DNA of 64,000 nucleotides from Candidatus Krumholzibacteriales bacterium (GTDB lineage Bacteria > Krumholzibacteriota > Krumholzibacteriia > Krumholzibacteriales > WJIX01): positions 25,714 through 89,713 of the forward strand of contig JAWODM010000024.1 of NCBI GenBank assembly GCA_046483305.1, in the 5' to 3' direction. The translations under genes and the position numbers were made by a program. Below the pieces are notes generated by a model. The model saw only the letters and a list, made by a program, of their open reading frames with translations. It ran no database searches and was not told the origin of the DNA. Position 1 is the first letter of the stretch. Each line of letters begins with the position of its first letter. This document shows, piece by piece, positions 31,510 to 41,438 of this stretch.

Positions 31510-32751
31510 TCAGCCGTTAATGAAAAGGTTGGCGAAAACCTTCGCGTCACCTGTCATATTATCTATGAACTGGTATTCGTTCGGCTGATGGCAGACATCC
31601 GCAATGCTCGACCATACCACCGCGTTGTAACCATGCCGCCGGAAAAAAGCGGCCACTGTTCCGCCCCCGATACCGATTATTTCCGGCTCAATACCCCTGA
31701 CAGCCCGTATCGATTCAGCCAGAGCCTTGACCACCGGAGCATCCGGGGGAGTGGCGGGCGCGGCTTCGTCTATCTGAGCGGTCCTGGTGGAGATTTCAAC
31801 CCCGAATTCCTTCTCGATCTCTCTGCATACGCCGCTCACCGTTTCTTTCACATCGTCAAGCGAAATGCCGGGCAGGATACGCATATCGAAGCAGAAAACA
31901 TCCTCTCCGGGGATGGTGTTAATGTTTCGGACATTCTCCTCTCTTCTGGTCGGCTCGAAGGTGTTCTCCGGAGGGTCGAACAGTTCATCGGACTGGGCGT
32001 AAACCTCCGGCAGATGACTGTCCAGGCGGGTCACCAGGTAGGAAGCAGCCCGGTGGGCGTTAATCCCCTTGGCCGGTTCCGAGGCGTGGCATGACTTCCC
32101 CTTAACCTTGAATTCAAGCCACATTATCGATTTCTCCGCCACTTCTATGGTCCTTCCATCCGGATCGCCCGAATCCGGAACTATGATATAGTCATCCTTC
32201 CCGAAGATATCGTGGTTTTCCAGCAGGTACTCGATGCCATGCCGGCTGCTGGTTTCTTCATCGGAGACCACCGCGATTCCCACATCAAAGGGAAGTTTCA
32301 TCCCCAGTTCTCTGGCCGCCTTCAGGGCGAAGACCGGCGTGACTATGCCGTGGTGGTTATCTTCCACTCCGCGGCCGATAATTTTGCCCTCCTTTACGGT
32401 CAGGGAGAAGGGGTCGCTGTCCCACTGATTACGGTCCCCGGCCGGCACTACATCTATGTGAGCCATTACCCAGACAGCCCTGCTGCTGTTCTCGCCCTTT
32501 ATTTTAGCTGCGATGTTGGGCCTCTTGCCCGCCGGCACCCTCTCGTCCGGGCAGTCGTAACGCTCAATGGAGTCGAAGCCCACATTCTCCTGCATCCATT
32601 TCTGGAGAAACTCCGCCTTCTCCATTTCACCCTCTCCATCGTTGTCCGGCCCCAGGGCTGGTATGGCAACCAGCTCCCTCTGAAGCTCTATCATCTGGTC
32701 CCGGTAACTGTCTATGGCGCTGTAAACCGATTCCATTTTATCCTTGTTCAT
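31510..32751 (-). CDS. M20 family metallo-hydrolase (DapE/ArgE-like)
   Basis: AHIDVVP, GRGVEDN, SDEE, EKS, GK.CHAS.P, GGGT, HQPNE; start moved to ATG 32751 (RBS GAGG). Confidence 0.9.
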   Translation of the reverse strand: MNKDKMESVYSAIDSYRDQMIELQRELVAIPALGPDNDGEGEMEKAEFLQKWMQENVGFDSIERYDCPDERVPAGKRPNIAAKIKGENSSRAVWVMAHIDVVPAGDRNQWDSDPFSLTVKEGKIIGRGVEDNHHGIVTPVFALKAARELGMKLPFDVGIAVVSDEETSSRHGIEYLLENHDIFGKDDYIIVPDSGDPDGRTIEVAEKSIMWLEFKVKGKSCHASEPAKGINAHRAASYLVTRLDSHLPEVYAQSDELFDPPENTFEPTRREENVRNINTIPGEDVFCFDMRILPGISLDDVKETVSGVCREIEKEFGVEISTRTAQIDEAAPATPPDAPVVKALAESIRAVRGIEPEIIGIGGGTVAAFFRRHGYNAVVWSSIADVCHQPNEYQFIDNMTGDAKVFANLFING

Positions 32752-33173
32752 CTGCATACCTCGCTTAATTTTCAACTTTACTGCCGATACGGTATCTCTA
32801 TCACCGCGGAGCATGCCAGTCAAGAATATTCTTGCCTTCCACCCCCCATTAAGGGTCGACCGGGGGGGGCAGAATAGAGTTGACAGGGGAAGAAATTATC
32901 TGCTTATATAATTCATGTGAAGCCGGGCCTTATAACGGATCAGGCAGCTCTGAGGCGAATGGCAGTAATCCAGAAGAACAGAAGGTGAGCTGGAAGAAGG
33001 AGTATGCGGAAGGGAACTGTCTCTTCCGCAGAGCGTGCAATTTATGCTTTCTCCGAGGGGGACCGGAGCTGTGATCGGAAATGATTCTCAGTGATGCGGG
33101 GGCCCTGGCCGATAACAGGTTTGGATCCGGAGCCGGAACTGGAGTTCAGATTCAGAAGAAAGGGGTAGACGAT

Positions 33174-34838
33174 ATGAAAGGCAGGTTAATATCTGTCCTG
33201 ATGGTCAGCTTTCTGACGCTGATTACGGCATGCCAGGAAAGCGCCCGGGAAACAGCAGATAAGGAGGATGGCATCAAAGGCAAACTGGAGATGTACGCGC
33301 CGGTTGAGATAGAGGTTCCATGGAACCTTCTGGACGAAAATCAGAAGCAGGTGGTGGAAAAGCTTTATTATGCCTGCGCCATAATGGATTCGATCTTTCT
33401 CAGGCAGGTATCCGAGGATAATCCCCGGCTGCTTCAGGAGATCAGGGAAAAGGGCGACCGGGACCTGCTGAAATTCTTCAAGATTAATTTCGGGGTCTGG
33501 GACAGAAGGGACGAAAACCGTCCGTTTTACGGAGATACCGGAAAGCCCGATGGAGCCGGGTTTTACCCTGCCGATATCACCAGGGAGGAGTTTAACGCCT
33601 ATCTGCAGAAGCATCCGGAAAAGAGAGAAGAGTTTGAGAGCGGGTATACGGTAATAAGAAGGGACGGCCAGGGAGGGCTTGAAGCGATTCCATACTCGGT
33701 ATACTATGGGGAGCTGCTGGAGAAGGCGGCCGGGTACCTTAACCAGGCGGCTGACATTACGGAGAACGGCTCGCTTGCCCGGTTCCTGCGTTCCAGGGCT
33801 GAGGCGTTCCTCAGCAACGATTACTTTGAGAGCAATATGGACTGGATGGATGTGGAGAATAACATTGTGGACATAACCATAGGACCTTATGAGGTTTACG
33901 AGGACAAGCTGTTCAACTACAAGACCGCATTCGAGGCGTTTCTCTGCATCAGAGACCCCGAAGAGAGCAAAAAACTGGAGAAGCTCAAGAGCTATCTGCT
34001 GAAGATGGAGAAGAACCTTCCGATCCCGGACCAGTATAAGAACTTCGAGCGGGGCGCCTCTTCGCCGGTCAGCGTGGTGGAGGAGATCTTCGCGGCAGGA
34101 GACACCAAGGCCGGAACGCAGACCCTGGCATTCAATCTGCCGAATGACGAGAGGGTTAGAGAGGCCAAGGGGAGCAAGAAAGTGATGCTGAGGAATATAT
34201 GCAGGGCGAAGTTCGAGAAGATCCTCCGGCCGATCGCAAGCCTGCTGGTAGCGGAGGATCAGCTTCCGATGGTGACCTTCGACGGCTACTTTACCCACAT
34301 TCTGCTTCATGAGTTTTCTCACGGGCTGGGCCCCGGGATAATAGAGACAGATGAGGGAGAGATAGATGTACGCAAAGCGCTCAGGGAAACCTACTCAAGT
34401 ATAGAGGAAGCAAAGGCAGATGTTGTCGGGGAGTACAATATTTATTATCTTATAGACGAAGGGGTATACCAGGATAATCTGAGGAAAGAAGCTGCGGTTA
34501 CATTTCTGGCCGGATTTTTCCGTTCTGTCAGATTCGGCGTGGACTCAGCGCACGGAATGGCGAATCTGATAGCTTTTAATTATTTCGTTGAGAAGGGGGC
34601 CTACCTGTATGACGGGGGATCGGGCCACTGGAGCGTCGATTTCGAAAAGATCGAGGATGCTGTAACTTCCCTCTCAAGGAAGGTGTTGATGATTCAGGCG
34701 GTCGGCTCGTATGATGAGGCGAAGGCGCTCATCGAAAAGTACGGAAAGCTCTCGGCGGAGGCGGAGTCCTCTCTGGAAAGACTGAAGGGTATACCGGTCG
34801 ACATAGTCCCTGAATACATGATAGAGGAGAAGATGTAA
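33174..34838 (+). CDS. Dipeptidyl peptidase III-like (M49) lipoprotein with an HEXXH pentapeptide
   Basis: Lipobox ITAC; GPYEVYED, AFNLPNDE, HEFSHGLGP, EEAKAD; start moved to ATG 33174 (RBS AGGGG). Confidence 0.85.
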   Translation: MKGRLISVLMVSFLTLITACQESARETADKEDGIKGKLEMYAPVEIEVPWNLLDENQKQVVEKLYYACAIMDSIFLRQVSEDNPRLLQEIREKGDRDLLKFFKINFGVWDRRDENRPFYGDTGKPDGAGFYPADITREEFNAYLQKHPEKREEFESGYTVIRRDGQGGLEAIPYSVYYGELLEKAAGYLNQAADITENGSLARFLRSRAEAFLSNDYFESNMDWMDVENNIVDITIGPYEVYEDKLFNYKTAFEAFLCIRDPEESKKLEKLKSYLLKMEKNLPIPDQYKNFERGASSPVSVVEEIFAAGDTKAGTQTLAFNLPNDERVREAKGSKKVMLRNICRAKFEKILRPIASLLVAEDQLPMVTFDGYFTHILLHEFSHGLGPGIIETDEGEIDVRKALRETYSSIEEAKADVVGEYNIYYLIDEGVYQDNLRKEAAVTFLAGFFRSVRFGVDSAHGMANLIAFNYFVEKGAYLYDGGSGHWSVDFEKIEDAVTSLSRKVLMIQAVGSYDEAKALIEKYGKLSAEAESSLERLKGIPVDIVPEYMIEEKM

Positions 34839-35163
34839 GAGATGACCGGGTAACCGCTTTGGGCCGGATGTTTACCCTTTGAAGAAAAATCGGTCGGCCT
34901 TCAGGGGGAAGTCAGTCAGGAAGAACATCCGGCCCCCCCTTCAGCAGAATGTCGTATAAGGGATTCCTGAATTTGAGAAGTTGTAACTTATCAATTATTG
35001 TAGTACAATTTGCCGCTGAATAATGAAGAGGGCAAGAGTATGATCTCTCTCCCCAGAATTAAACAATTGATTGCGGCGGGCATATTCTGTGAAAGCGGTG
35101 ATATTTTTAAAATACTTATCAGGAATCAGCGGTACTGTTTCGATGAGATACAAGGAGGCAGAA

Positions 35164-35733
35164 ATGATACGTAAAGCATTTTTCACTGCTGCAATAATCC
35201 TGCTGCTGGGAATAAATTCCGCACAGAGCCAGACCAGGAGCGGCGCCACCTCCGGGGGAGCAAAGCTTATAAGCGGCGCTGTATCATTTACAAGCCAGGG
35301 CGGAGACTTGTACGGAGGGTATTCTGACGAAAGATTGAATGTTATTTCAGTAACTCCAAGCCTGTTCTATTTCATCTCTCCCGGCTTCGGTGTCGGAGGC
35401 GACCTGTCATACGATCTCAGGTCCCGGGGGAGTTATTCATACACCACTCTCAGTATCGGGCCGAAAATTGGATATTTTGCCGATTCCGGCAGCGATCTGA
35501 TTCCGTTTTTTGCCGGGGGAGTAAGCTATTTAACCGTAGGATCCGATCTTGGTGACAATAACGGAGTAAGATTAAAGTTCGGCGGAGGAGTTATAATCCG
35601 TAAGGGGCGCCTGGCGTTTTCCATTGAGGCCAGTTATCTGTATGACCGCTTGAACCTTGAAGGAGCTGGCGGCTCCACATCAGGAAACACCATCATTTTT
35701 GGCGCAGGTTTAGCGGGATTCCTGTTTGATTGA
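35164..35733 (+). CDS. Outer-membrane beta-barrel protein
   Basis: Signal peptide, alternating hydrophobic beta-strands, aromatic C-terminal strand; RBS AAGGAGG before ATG 35164. Confidence 0.75.
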   Translation: MIRKAFFTAAIILLLGINSAQSQTRSGATSGGAKLISGAVSFTSQGGDLYGGYSDERLNVISVTPSLFYFISPGFGVGGDLSYDLRSRGSYSYTTLSIGPKIGYFADSGSDLIPFFAGGVSYLTVGSDLGDNNGVRLKFGGGVIIRKGRLAFSIEASYLYDRLNLEGAGGSTSGNTIIFGAGLAGFLFD

Positions 35734-35752
35734 ACCGGCAATACGATTTGAG

Positions 35753-36400
35753 ATGAAAGATTTTCTGAATAATTGCAGGGAAGCTGTTCTGGAAGGAAAC
35801 GCGGAGAGGGCGCTCTCCCTGGCGAATTCCGCCGTGGAAGAGGGGATGGATATCCTGGAGGTTATTGACGAAGGGTTTGTCAGGGGCATAAAAGAGGTGG
35901 GAAAACTCTGGGAGAGAGGTGAGTACTTTCTTCCGGAACTGGTTATGGGGGCGGAAGCGGTAAAGAGGGCTCTCTCGGTCCTGGAGCCTGTTCTGGCCGG
36001 GCGGAAGATGAGCAGGGAGGTTAAAGGCGTGGGAGTTATAGGAACGGTGGAAGGGGACATCCACGATATCGGAAAAACATTGGTCTCGACCATGCTCTCT
36101 GCCAGCGGGTTCGGCGTTTACGACCTGGGCACAGATGTCCCGCCGGAAAGGTTCATCAGTGAAGCGGAAGCCAGGGGGGCCGATTTTATCGGCGCCTCGG
36201 CCCTTCTTACCACCACCATGCAGGTACAGAGGGAGCTGGTGGAGCTGCTCTCGGAGCGGGGCCAGAGAGAGAAATACCTGGTAATAGTGGGAGGAGCTCC
36301 CTGCAGCGCAGAGTGGGCGGAAACTGTCGGGGCCGACGGGTATGCCAGGGACGCGGTGGCGGCGGTAGAGCTGGCGGAGAAGCTTCTGAGCGGAAAGTGA
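35753..36400 (+). CDS. Cognate corrinoid (B12-binding) protein, MttC/MetH cap + B12 domain
   Basis: VG.LWE.GEYFLPEL, GTVEGDIHDIGK (DxHxxG), SALLTTTM, VGGAP, GADGYA.DA. Confidence 0.92.
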   Translation: MKDFLNNCREAVLEGNAERALSLANSAVEEGMDILEVIDEGFVRGIKEVGKLWERGEYFLPELVMGAEAVKRALSVLEPVLAGRKMSREVKGVGVIGTVEGDIHDIGKTLVSTMLSASGFGVYDLGTDVPPERFISEAEARGADFIGASALLTTTMQVQRELVELLSERGQREKYLVIVGGAPCSAEWAETVGADGYARDAVAAVELAEKLLSGK

Positions 36401-36410
36401 GGGGGTATTT

Positions 36411-37304
36411 ATGGCGGGCGGATTCATGCAGGCTCTGAAGGAGCGGGTTCTTCTGTTCGACGGCGGGATGGGAAGCATGATGATATCGGCGGGGCTGGAG
36501 AGAACGGAGATACCGGAGAGCTGGATCGAGCGGCATCCGGAGAAGATCGGCAGTATACACAGAGATTATATAAGAGCGGGCGCGGACGTTATCCAGACAG
36601 CCACCTTCGGCGCCAGCTCGATTAAGCTCTCTGCCACCGCCGGGGGAGCGGCGCTGAACCCGGGCCGGATTAACAGGATGGCGGCGGAGATGCTCCGGGA
36701 GGAGATAGAGCGCGCCGGCGCAGGCTGCTTTGCCGCCGGGGATATGGGGCCGACCGGGGAGTTCTTTCCTCCGGTAGGCGGGCTGGATGAAAAGCGGGCC
36801 CTGGAAAGCTTCAGGATTCAGGCCCGCGCTCTTGCCGGGGGCGGAGTTGACCTCCTGCTGATCGAGACAATGTCCGACCTCAGGGAAGCGGTAACCGCCC
36901 TGAGAGCGGCCAGGGAGGTAACGGACCTTCCGGTGGCAGTGGAGCTGACCTTTCAGAAGAAGCCGGGGGGGTATTTCACTATCATGGGCAACACCCCGCG
37001 GGAGGCGCTGGAGGCGCTGAAGAGAGAAGGAGCCGATATGGCGGGCGCCAACTGCACCCTGGACAGCTCAGGCATGAAAGGGCTGGCCGGGGTGATGCTC
37101 CGGCTTGACGGGCCGCCTCTTCTCTTTCAGCCGAACGCGGGTCAGCCGGTAATGAGGGAGGGGCGGGCGGTATACCTCCAGAAGCCGGAGGAGTTCGCTT
37201 CCGGCATGGCGGAAATAGCGGAGCTGGGAGCCGGCGCGGTAGGAGGATGCTGCGGAACCGGCCCCGATTTCATCAGTGCGTTGAGAGATCGTCTGGGATC
37301 ATGA
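36411..37304 (+). CDS. Homocysteine S-methyltransferase domain protein (MetH N-terminal module)
   Basis: DGGMGS, H.DY..AGADVI.T.TFG, IETM, GANC and GGCCGT zinc ligands, PNAG.P. Confidence 0.92.
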   Translation: MAGGFMQALKERVLLFDGGMGSMMISAGLERTEIPESWIERHPEKIGSIHRDYIRAGADVIQTATFGASSIKLSATAGGAALNPGRINRMAAEMLREEIERAGAGCFAAGDMGPTGEFFPPVGGLDEKRALESFRIQARALAGGGVDLLLIETMSDLREAVTALRAAREVTDLPVAVELTFQKKPGGYFTIMGNTPREALEALKREGADMAGANCTLDSSGMKGLAGVMLRLDGPPLLFQPNAGQPVMREGRAVYLQKPEEFASGMAEIAELGAGAVGGCCGTGPDFISALRDRLGS

Positions 37305-37963
37305 TGAGCGGTAAAGGGATGGACTGGGTAATACTGAAGGATATGGATATAGTAATAGACGAAGAAGAGGTGTCCCGCATAGTGGGCGCCGGAAAGAGAG
37401 AGGGGGCGCCCCCCGCCGGAGCGGCAGGGGAACGGATAGGGCGGGCGGTCGGGCTGGCGCGGGAACTGGCCGAACCGGCAGCAATATATACCGTAACCGA
37501 AGGGAAAAATATAGAGGGCCCCCCGGTATTCAGGCAGCTGAAGGAGATGGCCCTGTGTATCTGCACCATAGGGGGAAAGCTGGAGAGAGAGGTGGAGAAT
37601 CTCTCCGCGGAGGGCTCGCTTCTGGAAGCGCTGGCCCTGGATACCGCAGGCTCGGTGGCGGTGGAGGGGACCGCCGATTACGTTAACGGGATCATAGAAC
37701 AGCGGGCCGGAAGGGAGGGAAAGAGGACCTCCCTGAGAGCAAGCCCCGGTTACGGCAACTGGGATATCGGCGCCCAGAAGCGTATTTTCGAGATGGCGCC
37801 GGCGGAAAGTATAGGGGTGACCCTGGGAGAGGGTATGATGATGAATCCCGGAAAATCGATTTCCTTCGCGGTCCATATATCAGAGAACCCGGTAAGGCTC
37901 AGAAGCGCCAATGACTGCGGAAACTGCTCCCGGTGGGATTGCCCTTACAGGAAAGAGAGCTGA
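37301..37963 (+). CDS. Stand-alone B12-dependent methionine synthase activation-domain-like protein
   Basis: CTIG..LE, A..LD..GS..VE, R.SPGYG.W....Q, IGV.L....MM.P.KS.S, C-terminal CxxCxxxxC; ATGA overlap with the preceding gene. Confidence 0.82.
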   Translation: MMSGKGMDWVILKDMDIVIDEEEVSRIVGAGKREGAPPAGAAGERIGRAVGLARELAEPAAIYTVTEGKNIEGPPVFRQLKEMALCICTIGGKLEREVENLSAEGSLLEALALDTAGSVAVEGTADYVNGIIEQRAGREGKRTSLRASPGYGNWDIGAQKRIFEMAPAESIGVTLGEGMMMNPGKSISFAVHISENPVRLRSANDCGNCSRWDCPYRKES

Positions 37964-38039
37964 AAACACCGGGCGGGAGAAAAGGGCTGGGATTTCTTTG
38001 TCGGCCCGGAGCCGGGCCGCCGCGGCACCTGAGGTACCG

Positions 38040-39548
38040 TCAATCCCCTTCAACGAAACGCAATTCTCTGTCGTCGACATGAATGTGGTACCTGCAGTCC
38101 GGGCCTCCGCCGTAGCGGAACCTTATGGAAAGGTCCCTCTTGAATGGATGAAACCTGAGCGGACTTATAATGTGCGGATAATGGATATAAAAAATGCTGT
38201 ACTCCTGGTCGGGAGCATCGTCCGGCTTTTTGTCTCCATGCAGGCATACCGGCACCTCTCCCGCCTCCCCGCTCAGCTCTGAAAGGGGCGGTTCCTTCAG
38301 CAGGGCAATGAATTGACATGACTGCTTTCCGACTTCTCTGTAACAGAACACCTTGCTGGTTATCGAATAAACCGAGGAAGCCAGGAAGAGCAGCAGACAG
38401 AGAGTAAGGTAATACCTTTTTATCCCTTCCGGGATGGTTCGAACAGCCCTTCCCGCGAAGAAGATCAGCAGTATGGAATAGAACGGTGTCAGAAGAGAAC
38501 CATACAGTTCGCTTACCCGGTCGACTGTAATGACGATGGGGAAGGTGGCTGCGATGAAGCACAGGAGAAGTGAAAAGACCAGGAACCGTTCTCCGGAGCG
38601 GTTACCCTTTCTCATTAAAGACCTGATGTATCCGGCCGCACCTGCCAGGGCGGGCAGGATGGTTCCGGTGGACAATATCACTCCCGCGGCGAGGCTGATC
38701 TGCCGGAGTGGCCGGGTTGAGATGAACAGGTCAATACTGTTTCCCAGATAGGCGGTAACCCCTGTCAGAAGGAACAGATTCCGAATTGCTGTTTTGAGGT
38801 CCAGGTACAGACCGTAAGAATCATCAGCTGCCCCTGCCATGATATTCGCATGGTCGAATGGCGGTATTTCAAGGTGCAGGCGTATAAGCAGGTAGACAGA
38901 CAGGGCGGCTGCCCAGGCGGCCAGAATGGGGACACAGGAGCGAATTGTCAGCCTGTCCTCTCTCTTCAGCCTGTACAGGAAGAGCAGCGGGTATAATCCG
39001 AATAGACCCAGGACCGATTCCTTGGAGCAGAGTATCCCGAAAAAGAGCAGGAACATCAGCGCGATCGACCCCGGGGAACGCACTCTCCCGATGATCCGGC
39101 GGGAGATAAAGAGGAGGTAGAAAGACACCAGCGCCAGGGACGATGCGGAATTCTGGCTGATCGCATCGATCTGAATAACCGACGAGGCGTTGGCCGGGTG
39201 AAGGGCGTAGAGAAGCGCCGAGAGCAGGGCGGCCGCCCTGCTGCGTAATATCGCCCGGGCCAGATAGAAAACCAGACAGATATTTAACAGGTAGAGGGCG
39301 ATGTTGAAACCTATGGAGAAATATGGACGAAGCTCAAAGAATGAATAGTTGATCGAGTTGATCAGGAGCTCAATCGGCCTGTAGAATGAGTACGACGCTG
39401 TCAGCAGATTGAAAGAGCTGAACCTGGCAAGCTTAAGGCAGTAGAGGTCATCTATGCTTGGGCAGGCCGATATCGCCGGAAGATAAAGGAGAGTTGCCGC
39501 CAGCAGAATAATAGAGAGCCGCCAGGGTATTCTGGAATATTCATTCAT
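38040..39548 (-). CDS. Polytopic membrane protein, GT-C glycosyltransferase-like
   Basis: TM1 followed by IDD, FYRP, ALLYALHP, SKES; many TM segments. Confidence 0.65.
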   Translation of the reverse strand: MNEYSRIPWRLSIILLAATLLYLPAISACPSIDDLYCLKLARFSSFNLLTASYSFYRPIELLINSINYSFFELRPYFSIGFNIALYLLNICLVFYLARAILRSRAAALLSALLYALHPANASSVIQIDAISQNSASSLALVSFYLLFISRRIIGRVRSPGSIALMFLLFFGILCSKESVLGLFGLYPLLFLYRLKREDRLTIRSCVPILAAWAAALSVYLLIRLHLEIPPFDHANIMAGAADDSYGLYLDLKTAIRNLFLLTGVTAYLGNSIDLFISTRPLRQISLAAGVILSTGTILPALAGAAGYIRSLMRKGNRSGERFLVFSLLLCFIAATFPIVITVDRVSELYGSLLTPFYSILLIFFAGRAVRTIPEGIKRYYLTLCLLLFLASSVYSITSKVFCYREVGKQSCQFIALLKEPPLSELSGEAGEVPVCLHGDKKPDDAPDQEYSIFYIHYPHIISPLRFHPFKRDLSIRFRYGGGPDCRYHIHVDDRELRFVEGD

Positions 39549-39902
39549 TCTCTTGACCGCCTTCGTTTTTTCGGAATATTATAAGGCAGGAAGAAGACTT
39601 TGCAATGGTTAATTCCGATAAATCGTTCTAAACTGCCGTACAGAATGAAAAGGCGGGATGACCGGGCTCATCCGGGCACCGCCCGGATTAAAAATTGAGC
39701 AGACTCCGGCCTGGACCAGGCGGCTTAATGTCAGATACATAATTTTTGCCCGGTTCCTGATTATAGCTGCGGTACAATCCCCTGCATGAATGTGAGGTCA
39801 TGAATGCCCCGGAATTCTTAGTGGAACTTCCGAGCCTTTTCAGTTGACCGCTCCTCCGTCTTCGGATAGCCTTTAGTTTGCCGGCCATTTCTTATAATAA
39901 TT

Positions 39903-41438
39903 ATGGGTGGCGGCAAGGGGCAGATAATGTATGCCTGCGGCCGGCAGCGGGCGAGATTTCAGGACAGGTATGGAATTGTGGATGATTACCCCCGAATGAA
40001 CTGGCTTTCCGGGCAGCAGATAAGCGCCGTTGTGGATGAAGCGATAGGTGTCCTGGAGAACACAGGGGTGCTGATAGAGAGCGAGAGGGCGCTGAGGGAG
40101 CTGGCCGGGCGGGGAGTAAGAACCGGGCGGAAGAGGGCGTTCTTCTCAGCGGAGATGGCCGAAAAATCTCTTGCCGCAGCTCCGGACAGGGTGGTTCTCT
40201 ACGGCAGGGACAGCTCCGTGGGAGTGGAGCTGGGGGGCGGCAGCCTCCATTTCAATCCAGGGTCGTCGGCGATAAGGATACTGGACCTTCAGAGGAAGAA
40301 GGCGAGAAAACCGGTCAGCCGGGACCTGGTTGATTTTGCCCTGCTTACAGACGCGCTGCCCGGCTACAGCATGCAGAGCACCGCCCTGGTGCCGGCGGAT
40401 GTTCCTGAAACAGCGGCTGACAGCTACCGTCTCTACCTGGCCCTGATCTTTTCCGGCAAGCCGGTGGTTACCGGCACCTTCACCGGAGAGGGCCTGGCCC
40501 CGATGCTTGAAATGCTGGAGATAGCGGCTGGCGGTCAGGAGCGGCTTCGCAGATACCCCCGGGCGATATTCGACACCTGCCCCACCGCCCCCCTGACCTG
40601 GAGCGCGCTTACCGTAGATACACTGATCGACTGCGCCTCCAGGGGAGTGCCGGTACAGATAGTGCCGATGCCCCTTGCCGGAGCCACGTCCCCGGCGACC
40701 CTGTACGGCACGGTGGTTCAGCACTGCGCGGAGAATCTGAGCGGAATCATAATCAGCCAGCTGATCTCTCCCGGGTCCCCGGTGGTATATGGGGGGTCGC
40801 CCGCCTACTTCGATATGCGCAAGGGCACCACTCCGGTGGGTGGTGTGGAGGCGTTGATGATAAACGGAGCGGCCGCCGGGATAGCCAGGCACCTGGGGCT
40901 TCCCTCTCACGCCTACATGGCGCTCAGCGATTCCAGGTCTCTGGATTACCAGTGCGGTATGGAGACGGCGATGGGGGCGGCCATTGCCGCTGTCAGCGGG
41001 GTGAATAATGTCTCGGGCCCCGGTATGCATAATTTCCAGACGTGGCAGAGTATGGAGAAACTGATCATTGATAACGAAATCTGCCTGATGGCCGGGCGGA
41101 TGAGGAGCGGGATTCGTCCTGGCGCCGGCTCTACGGCGGCGGATGTGGTGGATGAAGGGGTCAGGGCAGGCTCCTTCCTGACTTTGTCCGATACTCTCAG
41201 GAAATTCCGGGAAGAGGCGTTTTTCCCCGGCAGGGTGATTGACAGAGAGGCCGGCGATGGGGTGTCGGCGCCGGCGGAGGGAGAAATTCTTGAGAGGGCC
41301 CGGGCGAGAAAGGATCAGATTCTCGAAAGCGGCGGCGAAGATGTCCTCTCCGGCGAGAAAAGGCGGCCGCTGGAAGAGGTGATGTCCGGGACGGCCCGGA
41401 GGGCTGGTATGGAAAGGATGCCCGAAATAACAGGATGA
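39903..41438 (+). CDS. Trimethylamine methyltransferase (MttB) superfamily, non-pyrrolysine; real start may be about 25-30 codons downstream
   Basis: PL.W, P.PLAGATSP.TL.G..VQ..AE.L.G....QL..PG.PV.YG, FDMR.G, SDS...D.Q.G.ET, E.L.IDNE; no in-frame TAG. Confidence 0.9.
   Translation: MGGGKGQIMYACGRQRARFQDRYGIVDDYPRMNWLSGQQISAVVDEAIGVLENTGVLIESERALRELAGRGVRTGRKRAFFSAEMAEKSLAAAPDRVVLYGRDSSVGVELGGGSLHFNPGSSAIRILDLQRKKARKPVSRDLVDFALLTDALPGYSMQSTALVPADVPETAADSYRLYLALIFSGKPVVTGTFTGEGLAPMLEMLEIAAGGQERLRRYPRAIFDTCPTAPLTWSALTVDTLIDCASRGVPVQIVPMPLAGATSPATLYGTVVQHCAENLSGIIISQLISPGSPVVYGGSPAYFDMRKGTTPVGGVEALMINGAAAGIARHLGLPSHAYMALSDSRSLDYQCGMETAMGAAIAAVSGVNNVSGPGMHNFQTWQSMEKLIIDNEICLMAGRMRSGIRPGAGSTAADVVDEGVRAGSFLTLSDTLRKFREEAFFPGRVIDREAGDGVSAPAEGEILERARARKDQILESGGEDVLSGEKRRPLEEVMSGTARRAGMERMPEITG

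Noticed and set aside
34839..34960. Possible SRP RNA or tRNA in the structured intergenic region
   Set aside because: Lacks the SRP helix-8 GGAA-loop motif and any tRNA T-arm or cloverleaf; kept only as an unexplained structure.
39903..41438. Possible pyrrolysine-containing MttB
   Set aside because: No in-frame TAG; the Pyl-equivalent position is Thr.
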